Source: Octopus vulgaris
Taxonomy: Eukaryota
NCBI GenBank assembly: GCA_951406725.2
Contig: OX597839.1
Span: forward strand, 37,324,001-37,388,000
DNA: 64,000 nucleotides
Reading direction: 5' to 3'
Below the pieces are notes generated by a model that did not search any database, was not told the DNA's origin, and was given only the letters and a program-made list of their open reading frames with translations. The position numbers were made by a program, and so were the translations under genes. Positions 54,031 to 64,000 of this stretch are shown in pieces; the first letter of the stretch is position 1; every line of letters begins with the position of its first letter.

Positions 54031-54080
54031 CTGCAAAAGAAAAGAAATTCACTCAAATAATACACAGTAATTGCAAAAAG

Positions 54081-54268
54081 ATGATGTCTAGCAAACAACT
54101 TGCACATGCAAGTGCTACCAGTTAAAAGCTCCGTATACCGGAAGCTAGCAAGTGTATGGGGCCATCAGGAGAGAATGCACGCCGTTTCGGGGCCTACCTC
54201 TCGACGGCATCAATGCGCACCGGCCCCTCCTCACTGATATGAGGCCCCGCTTGCTAGATCAGCTGGTT
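54081..54268 (-). ncRNA. GC-rich structured intronic RNA candidate (snoRNA/scaRNA-like or cis element) in the last cyclin L intron
   Basis: Nested stems CUAGCAAG/CUUGCUAG, GGGGCC/GGCCCC, AUCAG/CUGAU and AUGCCGU/ACGGCGU, followed by a second hairpin and an ACA about 53 nt from the 3' splice site. Confidence 0.45.
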
Positions 54269-54501
54269 ATGAAGAACTCAATATACTTCTAGCCATGTTC
54301 TGTTCGAAATTTTAAAAAAGAGGAGTTCTAACGACATAAACCATATATGACCCTTTCTTTCCCTTCAAATATTAAATTATATGCATTTTGTGGCTCTCTA
54401 AGAATCCCTGACAAATACGGAAACCTTACTTCTCCCCATAAGTCTAAGAGAAACTGAAAAGATAATGTACTGCTACCTTCCTCTTTTGACAAAAATCTCC
54501 T

Positions 54502-54950
54502 TTAACCCTTTAATGTTCAGATTACTCTGTTAAATGTAATTCTTTTTCACTCAAATTGTTTTGAATTTGTTATATTTCGGAATGGCCATTTTGCCAGTTT
54601 AGCCAATAAAAACACACGCACTATATATTTGGTGTTACTTTGCTTCAGTGTTATTTATTTTTTACATTAATCTTAATTATTGGCTAAACTGGCAAAATGA
54701 CCATTCCGAAATATAACAATATCTGTTTCAACACTCGACTTCACATAAAAAATCTTGCACAACAAATATATAAACGTACTGTTTTGAATTAATCATACAT
54801 TATCTCATAGCTTTGAAATCTCAATGATGTGAATATTTATGTTTAGAATGTCAATGTAGGTTAGGTGCAAGAGGCTAGATATGGCTAGTTCAAATATAAA
54901 ACATAGAATATTTGGGCCAGATGAGGCTGGTTTAAACACTAATGGGTTAA
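54502..54950. mobile_element. TTAA-CCC MITE carrying a nested 212-bp insertion (54568-54779)
   Basis: ttaacccttta...taatgggttaa ends. The internal insert is flanked by tgttttgaatt direct repeats. Confidence 0.7.
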
Positions 54951-55085
54951 TACATCAAGTGGATCAAATAAGTTGTCATTAGGGGCTATAATGGTACTTG
55001 TCCCTACAACCCATCACTACTGGAGCTATACTTAATTCAAGCAAGAGTAACCCACCCACTTGAACATCAACAACAAATAACTCAC

Positions 55086-55181
55086 CTCGATCTACTTTTT
55101 GAGTTGGAGTCTGATAGGCTTTTGTCACTTCTGGAAAGACTTCGCCGCCTCTTGTTGACATGGTTATGTGGTGCAGGATCA
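55086..55181 (-). CDS. CCNL1: Cyclin L exon (DPAPHNHVNKRRRSLSRSDKSLSDSNSKSRS)
   Basis: 96 bp, ttgtAG acceptor, GTGAGT donor. Start of the RS-rich region, phase-compatible. Confidence 0.88.
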
Positions 55182-55429
55182 CTACAAGAAAAACACACGA
55201 ATGAAGACGGATTAATTAACGAAGACATTAATTTAGTGCTATTAACACAAAGAAAAAAACTAACCAAATTAATACTGTATTTGATGGCATATAAGACGCA
55301 CTTTTATCTATGAAAAACCTCAGGCTCTTGTTAGCTAAATTCGCCCCTGAAGCTTCTTACTACAATCGACTCTCTCCTACCTAGCATAATTTCATACGAA
55401 TAGTATTTACATTACCATCATTTTTTTAT

Positions 55430-55800
55430 TTGTTTCAGTCATTTGACTGTGGTCATGCTGGAGCACCACCTCTAGTCAAACAAATCGGCCCTAGGATTTA
55501 TTCTTTGTAAGCCTATTCAATTGGTCTCTTTGTCAAACTGTTAAGTGACGGGGACATAAACACACCAGCATCAGTTGTCAAGTGATGTTAGGGGGGGACA
55601 AACAGAGACACACAAACATACATGCACATATATACATACATATATACAATGGACTTCTTTTGTTTCCGTCTACCAAATCCACTCGCAAGGCTTTGGTCGG
55701 CCCGAGGCTATAGTAGAAGACACTTGCCCAAGGTGCCACGTAGTGGGACTGAACCCGAAACATTGTGGTTGGTAAGCAAGCTACTTACCACACAGCCACG
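55430..55800 (-). mobile_element. SINE family B in a cyclin L intron
   Basis: Reverse-complement copy. Confidence 0.85.
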
Positions 55801-55984
55801 CCTGTCTTCTTATACACAGCTAGATTGCTTTAATGAAACTAAAAGCTATCTATTCCTGAATATTCACTCTGAAATCAGTGTCCAAAAAGCTCACACATCT
55901 CTTATGCAGTCAAACACATTACTTATGAGACACGAAAAAGTTAACACCTGCTTTTAATTACTAAATTAAGACTGGACAACTTAC

Positions 55985-56078
55985 TCTGAACTGTGGTCTG
56001 ATTGAACACGCTCATCTTTACTCTTGGCCTTCGTTGGAGCTGAAGAGGTCACTGGACTGCAAGTCAACTTGGGGGAAG
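55985..56078 (-). CDS. CCNL1: Cyclin L exon (SPKLTCSPVTSSAPTKAKSKDERVQSDHSS)
   Basis: 94 bp, tttcAG acceptor, GTAAGT donor. Phases match both neighbours. Confidence 0.85.
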
Positions 56079-56229
56079 CTGAAATGAAATGAACATGTTT
56101 AGGAATGGCACAACAGACGTTTGTGGAAATAAGTGAATAAGGTGAAGGGACCACAAACTACACAGCAATAAGGACCATACAGTAACCACCACCACTGCTA
56201 GTACTAATTAATTATATAGTATAACCAAT

Positions 56230-56704
56230 CCTATGACTGGCACCCAGCAGTTGCCAGGACCACTGGACTGACTCCTGTGCAGGTGGCAAGTGAAGAAACA
56301 CCATTTCGACCCTGTGCTTGAGAAGATCCATTGAGTCAAGTACACCAACATCAAAATCAAAGGAAACTGCAGTTGTGATCCCTGTGCCGGTGGCACGTAA
56401 AAAGCACCATCTGAACGTGGCCGATGCCAGCGCCACCTAGACTGGCTTCCATGCCGGTGGCATGTAAAAAGCACTATCCGAATTGTGGCTGATGCCAGCG
56501 CCGCCTTGACTTGCTTCCGTGCCGGTGGCACGTAAAAAGCACCCACTACACTCACGGAGTGGCTGGCGTTAGGAAGGGCATCCAGCTGCAGAAACACTGC
56601 CAGATCAGACTGGGCCTGGTGCAGCCTTCTGGCTTCCCAGATCCCCGGTCGAACCGTCCAACCTGTGCTAGCACGGAGAACGGACGTTAAACGATGATGA
56701 TGAT
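56230..56704 (+). mobile_element. SINE family D in a cyclin L intron
   Basis: Four internal modules plus the (GAT)n tail. Confidence 0.85.
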
Positions 56705-56751
56705 ATAACAATGAGAGAGAGAGAGAGATCAAAACATTGAGAATCACTTAC

Positions 56752-56875
56752 CAGGACGTGAAATTGTCGAGTTGGGGGTACCATTGCCAGATTTCTGATT
56801 TTTTGCCTTTAGTTTTGCCTCAACCTGTATACGTCTGTGTTCAGCAACTATTTTCTCTAATTCATCACAGTTTGC
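56752..56875 (-). CDS. CCNL1: Cyclin L exon (ANCDELEKIVAEHRRIQVEAKLKAKNQKSGNGTPNSTISRP)
   Basis: 124 bp, ttccAG acceptor, GTAAGT donor. EAKLKAK motif as in vertebrate cyclin L. Confidence 0.9.
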
Positions 56876-57000
56876 CTGGAAACAAGATGCGTAAAAGTAA
56901 GATTTAATCTAGTGAAAGGCAAAGACGAGTCAAGTGAAAGGCAGGTAAAGTTGAGCGACTATTTTAAGCTCTCGATCATAACACTAAAATATCAACTTAC

Positions 57001-57105
57001 CTTCTTCCTAGCATAGAGCCTCAAAATTGTCAAACTAACAGCTTTGATCTGTTCTTCCGTAACATCAAACAACCAGAACCAATGGGGACTATTTGGTAAA
57101 GGAAT
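57001..57105 (-). CDS. CCNL1: Cyclin L exon ([35 protein letters not shown])
   Basis: 105 bp, tcAG acceptor, GTAAGT donor. Conserved IPLP..PHWF.LF motif. Confidence 0.93.
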
Positions 57106-58107
57106 CTGAATATTAAAGAAACAACAATATATTATTAGTTATATATACGTGCAGGTGTAGCTGTGAGGTTAAGAAGCTTGCTTCCCATGCATGTGGTTTC
57201 AGGTTCAGTCCCACTACAAGGCACTATGAGCAAGAGTCTTCTACAACAGTCCCTAGCTGACCAAAGCCTTTTGAATGAACTTGGAAGACGGAAAATGAAA
57301 GAAACCTATGTGTGTGTGTGTCTCTCCCACCGTCTAGAAACAGCATGGTAGTTGAAAATGTGCGTCAGCATCATTTCCAATATTCTTAAAAAAAAATATA
57401 GCCATGGAAAAGTATCTGCCTCAATAAACTACAGCAAACCCAATGACGATCCTAATGCATCTACTGATGGAATAACAAATTTCAAGTGCCTATCTTCAAC
57501 GTTTACAATGATCTTGGTTCATAGTTAGCAGAAAGGGAGATTTTGTAACCATTGCAGTGATATCAACTGTTGATGTCACTGCAATATTTAAGCAAAATCC
57601 TAACAAGTTTATTCTTAGGTTACAACTTGAAATCACATCAAATCACAAAGACCATCATCAGTTTTTCCATACTGACAGGACCTAGCCAGTTGCAGGGCTG
57701 CATCAAACTCGTAATGTCAGCTTTAGCATGGTTTCTACAGCTGGATGCCTTTCCTAACGCCAGCTACTTTATAGTCTATATTGGATGCTTTTTTGCCATG
57801 TCACTGGCACCAGCAACTTGAAAGACAGAAAAAGAACAGAGGAAAAAAGAAAAAAATCACTGACTGTGAGAGGTATTTGCTTTCCGAATGGCACACCTTG
57901 CTTCATGAGAGGTTGTCAATGCCTAGGTTCAAGCATGATAGAGGGAGGGACAAATACAAGAGTCTTATTATAAAGGAAATACACAATTACCCAATATTAT
58001 GGGAAGATGAGAAAGATGGTAGCAGTGTGGTGCTGGAGCAAAATCTTAACGTAAAAGGTGAACATAAAAGACACAGACATTAAAAGAAAAAAAAGATTTG
58101 TTCTTAC

Positions 58108-58207
58108 CTGAAGTTGTCGAGCAGCAAGATAAATACAGGCACAAGCAATTGTTTCTGGATGATAACGTACAAATACATTTGTTCTGAAACTGTCATTCAT
58201 ATAATTC
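58108..58207 (-). CDS. CCNL1: Cyclin L exon ([33 protein letters not shown])
   Basis: Second cyclin fold. 100 bp, acAG acceptor, GTAAGA donor. Confidence 0.95.
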
Positions 58208-61200
58208 CTGTAAGAGTAGAGAGAGAGAGAAAAATAGGGAAATAGAGAGGGAGGTATGAAACATTTATTTGTAGTGAAGCAGAGTTTGTAGAAATAGTCA
58301 TCGAAATGCTATTTTCTTGGAATGACAATAATGCAACAACAACAACAGAGACAAACATACAACAGGCTTCACCTAATCACCCCCTGGAACTTTCACATTA
58401 AAATATCTTCAAAATCGTAACTAAAACTCGAATATATCTTTAGCTGTTATTTAGCCACAGGCCAATCCTGGCCATGCAGATTCTGTGATCAAAAGCATTC
58501 CAGCTATATTGGACTTATATTAAATGAAGGAAATAGAGATATTTGCAATGTTCATAGCAAATCAATTAGATAATCTTGGGGCCATATGCAATGCTCGTTG
58601 CAAGTGAAGTAGATGTAATTAGAATATCAATCTCATTCCCAAAACATTACCACCCACTGACTAAGAACAAAAACAAAATTGGCTCAGTTCAATACTGAAA
58701 TCAATCCACCCACAAACTACGGGGTATAGAAAGACAGCAATTGACTAGGGCTGAAGTGAGTGTTCTATTGGTAACCATGTGAGTTTATGTGGAGTAGTGC
58801 ATCAGTATGGCCACAAGTTTATAATAAATTTCAGGGTCCAACGGGAATATGACTATTCTTTAGTTTCTCCCATCATAAAATTGCTCTCAGCAGGAATGGG
58901 TGCATCATAGAAAATCTGCCTCAGCAGACCCCATCTGAACTAGGAAAGCAGACATGAGCATGATGATGAAAAAGAGAGCAGATTAAAAACAGAGTAAATA
59001 CTTATCAATTAAGAGTTATCAGAGATTATTAAATTGACAATTTAGTCAAATATTATTTCTCTGACATGACCAATCAGTGTAGTGTAGCTTGTATAGTATT
59101 TGTTTTAGTACCGTCAGCAGTGTTAAGTGGTGATTAGTTGCTCACACCAGACTTCTCACTGCATATATTATAATAATCTACGCAGTAGACAAATACAAAC
59201 ATGTCAATTTTGCCTATCTGTACATTGAAGAAGGAAAAAGAAAACAGAGCTTTAATCAAGTTTCAATTCTTATTAAAGTCTCATCAGGTGCCTACATCAC
59301 TTGATCAATCCCAGAGAAACAAGTAACTGTTCTGTTTATAGACACATCAGGTCTAGTAGCTACAGAAAAATTGAGCTACCAGCTTGCATACCATTAGTGT
59401 ACACTGCTTAATCTATTTATGGGAAAACTGCAGCCCATGGGACTTTGTGAATGGCATGTCTAATGAAAAACTATTTTGAATTCTTTTTGTTTTTTTTTTT
59501 AGTATTGTAGCTTGCTTCTCAAAAAAGTTGCCCATGCCAGCATGGAAAACAAATGTTAAATGATGATGAATGAATGAATGGATGGATGAATGAATGAATG
59601 ACCAATACTTACTAAATTGGTTACTGTTAACCAGGACACTGTGTACTTGCGTGTTTGTGTGTACCAGCTACTAACTCTAGCATCTAACAAAATATTGACT
59701 AACAAATGGTTGTTGGAAATATTCAAGTTCAGGGAGAAGTTGTTTAGAAAAATATATACAATTTTTCTGATTACAGCTTACATAGGAAGACTGACATGTC
59801 AACTCATCCAGCCCACATTTTAGGGAAAACGGGGGAATAATGGAATCATGTTAGGACTGCTAGAATGGGAAGGAAGGAGTTTCAAAGTTCAAAACATTTC
59901 TGCATCTTAGAAGAAACTAAAGCAGCCCAAAAGCAGGGAATAAAAAAAAAAAAAAAAAAAAAACACAGGAAGACATCAATTAAAAGAGGAAAATTTTGGT
60001 ACAAACGAGAGGGAAGCACCGCAGCAGTTTGGATTATTACCTTTTTTTTTTTTTTCTGGTTGGTTTTAGTGTTTTTTTTTGTAATTTTACCAGAAGCGTT
60101 CTAGGATTTTAAAAAAATTTCATAAAAGACATCTTCTCAAAAAGAGAGACCTGGCACACAGGACTGAATGAGTTAACAAAAAGCCATAAAATCAGAAAAG
60201 AGCCCTGAATCACTGCTTGAATGACAAACTGCAAAATCAACAGCAGGCACTGGTTGGATCCATCAAGAACTTGTTCTGAGAATATGATGCAGGTGGCATG
60301 TCAGTTGTGCAGGGTTGTGGTGACTGGTTCTCAGGACACTTCCTGATCGACAGTAGGAGGAGCTGTAGTAGACAGTAGTCGGCAGTCTTAGGATGGCACA
60401 AAGCAAGTTCTACCCATTTCAGCTGGGCAGGTAAAAAAGAAAATCAATATTAATAAACAATTAGTGGCTGACAAAGAGTTTAATTTTATTAAGAAAATAG
60501 CAAATAACCCTGAACTTGAATAAACAACTTCCCACACAAACACCTCAGGTTACACAGTGACCCTGTTAGATAGAAATAGCAACCAAATCTCCCTCAAACC
60601 GCACCCTACCACCTTGGAAAAAAATTGATGGGTACATAAGAAAAGTGTCCTAGATACATGGTGTGCCTGAAAAATAAAAATGAGGTGGCCGTGGCTGGAA
60701 CGCTTTTGATCACATATCCACTTGACCAAAGCCAACCTAAGGATAAATAACAACAGCCTCAAAGCTGGTCTTCATGGTTTACGCACATGATCGCACAATG
60801 CAACAACCCTCCCTCCACACTGTCTTCTAAACTACTAAGGGAGCCTCAACATGGTTGCTTAAATTGCAAGGAAATGGCAGTCCAATCTGCCTCAAATCAC
60901 ACCCCACTCTCTTAGTAAAAGGCAAGACATTAAATAAAAAATGTAGTCCAAGGGAAGAGGGGGGAGGAGACTAGATGGTGATGCTGGGAATAATTGATCA
61001 TAAATCTGTAGGGGCTTAACAGTTAATAAACAGATTAACATTTTTCTTTTAGACATTTCCCATTTTACTAAAGATTCCACCATTTATGTTAGAACCACCA
61101 AATGGTCACTGCTGGAAACAACAACCAGATGTCACTCAAAAGAACATATGCCTAGATACATTTATCTGAAATGGAAGAGGGGATGGCCATGGTTGGAATA

Positions 61201-61536
61201 TTTTGATTACATCAAATGAATCAGGGCTGGCTAGAAGCTAAACATCTGCTACCACCACCACCACCACCACCACATGTTCTTCCCTCCCAGCCTCCCCCCT
61301 CAATATTTCAACATTGTTCCTGATGACCCCATAAATTGCTGATTTCGCAACCCTGGAACCCTTCCCTACCAGTTTGATATCCTTGGGTTTGAGAACAGAA
61401 TCACAAAGGAGTCGCCCCCTATTTCCCCATATAAATAAAGAACAAGAAGAAGACAAGATGCTGCTGTTTATCTGATTAATTTTAATTACTGTGACACTCG
61501 AGTGTCCGTTAATCGGAATCAACTGAAAATACTCAC

Positions 61537-61601
61537 CATGCACACTGCACGAGCTTCTGGTTTTTCTCACACTCCAATACTTGTAGATACATAACAATCA
61601 T
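61537..61601 (-). CDS. CCNL1: Cyclin L exon (MIVMYLQVLECEKNQKLVQCAW)
   Basis: ctccctccAG acceptor, GTGAGT donor, 65 bp, in frame with neighbours. Not translated in this frame by the ORF track. Confidence 0.95.
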
Positions 61602-61808
61602 CTGGAGGGAGAGAGAAAGAAAGGGCAACAGCTGTTAACAGCAGATCCATCAATACAACATCATCAATTGTAATCGTTTTTTGTTCAACGTGTAACTAAA
61701 AAAAACATTTCATCATATCTAAGTACACGCATACTTCTAACTACACCTCACTGTAAAAGCTCCAACAGAATCGAAGAAGAAACATTTCAAGTTCAAACAC
61801 CATGTACC

Positions 61809-62031
61809 TATTTCTTTACTACCCACAAAGGGCTAAACACAGAGAGGACAGACAAAGGGATTAAGTTGATTACATCGACCCCAGTGCATAACTGGTACTT
61901 AATTTACCGACCCCGAAAGGATGAAAGGCAAAGTCGACCTCGGCGGAATTTGAACTCGGAACGTAACGGCAGATGAAATACGGCTACGCATTTCGTCCGG
62001 CGTGCTAACGGTTCTGCCAGCTCGCCGCCTT
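61809..62031 (-). mobile_element. SINE family A, part of a composite insertion in a cyclin L intron
   Basis: Full-length copy. A 20-bp direct repeat (61789-61808 and 62166-62185) encloses the SINE plus extra sequence. Confidence 0.9.
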
Positions 62032-63323
62032 AAATACTTACTAAATTGGTTACTGTTAACCAGGACACTGTGTACTTGCGTGTTTGTGTGTACCAGCTAC
62101 TAACTCTAGCATCTAACAAAATATTGACTAACAAATGGTTGTTGGAAATATTCAAGTCCAGGGAAAAGTTCAAACACCATGTACCACCGGACTATGGTCA
62201 TACTGAAGCACTCAGAATTTCAGTACGTTGCCTGCTACTTATTTTGTCAAACTCATAGTAGGAGAAGGGCTAAGTAAACCTAGGATTAAGGGACATAAGG
62301 TTTTCAATCAAAAGCAATACCACAAGGTACTTTTGCTTAACACACTGACCACTGTCCCTTAGATATACATCAATTATATAATTTAGCCATCACCATCATG
62401 ACTTGGTAGAAGCACATGCTTTTAGGTGCATGTCTGGTCCAAAGCAGATAGACACATCCTTTTGACCGTAACACCGGGAACGGTATTGTACTCCCCCATG
62501 GTGATAAGTTCTAAGGGGCATTGAAGAAAAGTGGAGCGATAATGGGGTCATTAGGTTAAGCTTTATTTATTAAACATGCTTCAGAAAGAGGTTTATATTT
62601 GTGATGGTTATTTGGGGTGGGGGCATTAAGAATGTGGCCTGGGTGCCATGAGTTTGGCAGCCCGAAAAGGTCGGGGAACCACTGAGAAGAACCTTAAAAA
62701 TTACAGTTTAAGGGTAAAAGTGAGCTGCACGCCAGTATTTTTATCAGTACTCATTCATCTCATCATCAGAAGGAAGAAGAAATTTTTAAAAAGCCACACA
62801 CAGCAAGTTGTACAAAAACCCAGAATAAATAGTCAGGCATTCTGTCTGACACTCCAACCATGCTAGCAAATCCAGTGTACACAGGAGAGAGATGAGCATT
62901 TGGCAGCCTGTCTATTATATTACATCTATCCTCATTTATCACTGACCAAAGGTAACATGGTACACTCACTGTGAACCATGTTATGCTCACTACGAAAACA
63001 TCTGTATTGACACAGGTCAGCAATCAGTCAAAAATTCCGCATGGGCAGCACCCTATCACCCATCCATAATGCTTAGAACAAAATCTTTTTTTCCCCATTT
63101 CATTTTTCAATTAACACTTTTAATTTTACAATTAACCAAACACATGTCATAATTGAGGATAGATGCAGAATATATTAGTCACAAGCACTCACCAGAAGGC
63201 ACTAAATCATTGAAAGCCAATGAGTGCAGAACAAGCATGCCAATAGCTAACAACTGGAATATGTTGTTAAGATAATGGAAATTACCAATTCCAAGTGTTG
63301 CTATGAGAACCGAAACAACTTAC

Positions 63324-63444
63324 CTTGTGTGGATATTTGAAATGAACACAAAAGCCCAGCTCTTTGAGAACCCTCCGTTCAGCCTTGATAACTTGATTCT
63401 TTAAATTGATATAATTCTGGTCAAGCACCATGGGATGGATTGTC
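63324..63444 (-). CDS. CCNL1: Cyclin L internal exon ([40 protein letters not shown]); upstream exons lie beyond the window
   Basis: Cyclin-box sequence closely resembles vertebrate cyclin L1/L2. AG/GT boundaries, 121 bp. Probably a co-ortholog of CCNL1/CCNL2. Confidence 0.95.
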
Positions 63445-64000
63445 CTGCAAGTACAAGGATTACCACACTGCGGATATGTGTCAAAAAAAAAAAAAAAAAA
63501 AAAAAAAGGCTGCTGCGTCCTTGCAAATAACATCTCAAAAGAGTATAAGACTTTGACTAGAAGAAGAACTGGAATCACATTTAACTGATAAGGGTTGTGG
63601 TTGGTTGAGATGAGAGAGAATGAGCAACAGCTGTGTTGCCATTGAACAGAAAACATGGAGATACTTTCACAAAACTAAAATTATTGTAGTCTAGAAGAAT
63701 GCATCTGTATCTTAATTGTCCAGAGGAATTTATAGTTAGAGATGTGTGTAAAGTGTTGCAGACACAGGAGCAAAATTGGCTGGAGAAGCAGTAAGGTTCC
63801 ATTCTAACTACCTTAATAAAATAAAACCATTATCAGACTGTGTTTAGACAAAACAATGACAACAAAGTATTTCACAACTTGGAGAATTGTAAAAACATTA
63901 TTTGTTACAAATGCAAAAGTATAAAAGAAACGAATCAACCGTAAAACAATGCAATATATTCTCGGCTACCCGATTACTATGAGTGAAAGGATATTTCAAC

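Noticed and set aside
53615-54052. Overlapping 145-aa Thr-rich ORF and 115-aa antisense hydrophobic ORF
   Set aside because: Alternative frames of the low-complexity RS exon. Only the RS frame matches the upstream exon phase.
59245-59295. CUGAUGA...GAAA on the minus strand as a second hammerhead
   Set aside because: Stem II is mismatched, there is no U16.1 partner and no stem I complement.
59604-59741. Duplicated 138-bp intronic segment as a duplicated snoRNA or U1-like RNA (ATACTTAC)
   Set aside because: No convincing two-hairpin H/ACA or C/D layout, and the U1 match stops at 8 nt. The flanking 20-bp duplication explains the copy better.

Overview
AT-rich, microsatellite- and SINE-dense eukaryotic genomic DNA. 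The repeat families and gene structure point to an octopod cephalopod (inferred, not proven). Two protein genes lie on the minus strand. One is a CLIC/EXC-4-family chloride intracellular channel with an intronless CDS (21614-22390), probably transcribed from a CCAAT/Inr/YY1 promoter about 23 kb upstream. The other is the 3' eight coding exons of cyclin L (53688-63444), with a fully reconstructable reading frame. The rest is at least four SINE families, TTAA-CCC MITEs, degenerate Tx1/L1, CR1 and RTE LINE fragments, and three young tandem arrays, two of them derived from a SINE. The best leads are: (1) a minimal type I hammerhead ribozyme with a swapped G3-C8 core pair (48684-48734, minus); (2) a composite insertion of a SINE plus 138 bp copied from the next cyclin L intron, inside one 20-bp target duplication; (3) a GC-rich structured RNA in the last cyclin L intron; (4) a candidate poison exon at the cyclin L beta-isoform position; and (5) a CArG+CRE enhancer-like pair. 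Most ORFs in the supplied track are repeat or microsatellite artefacts.
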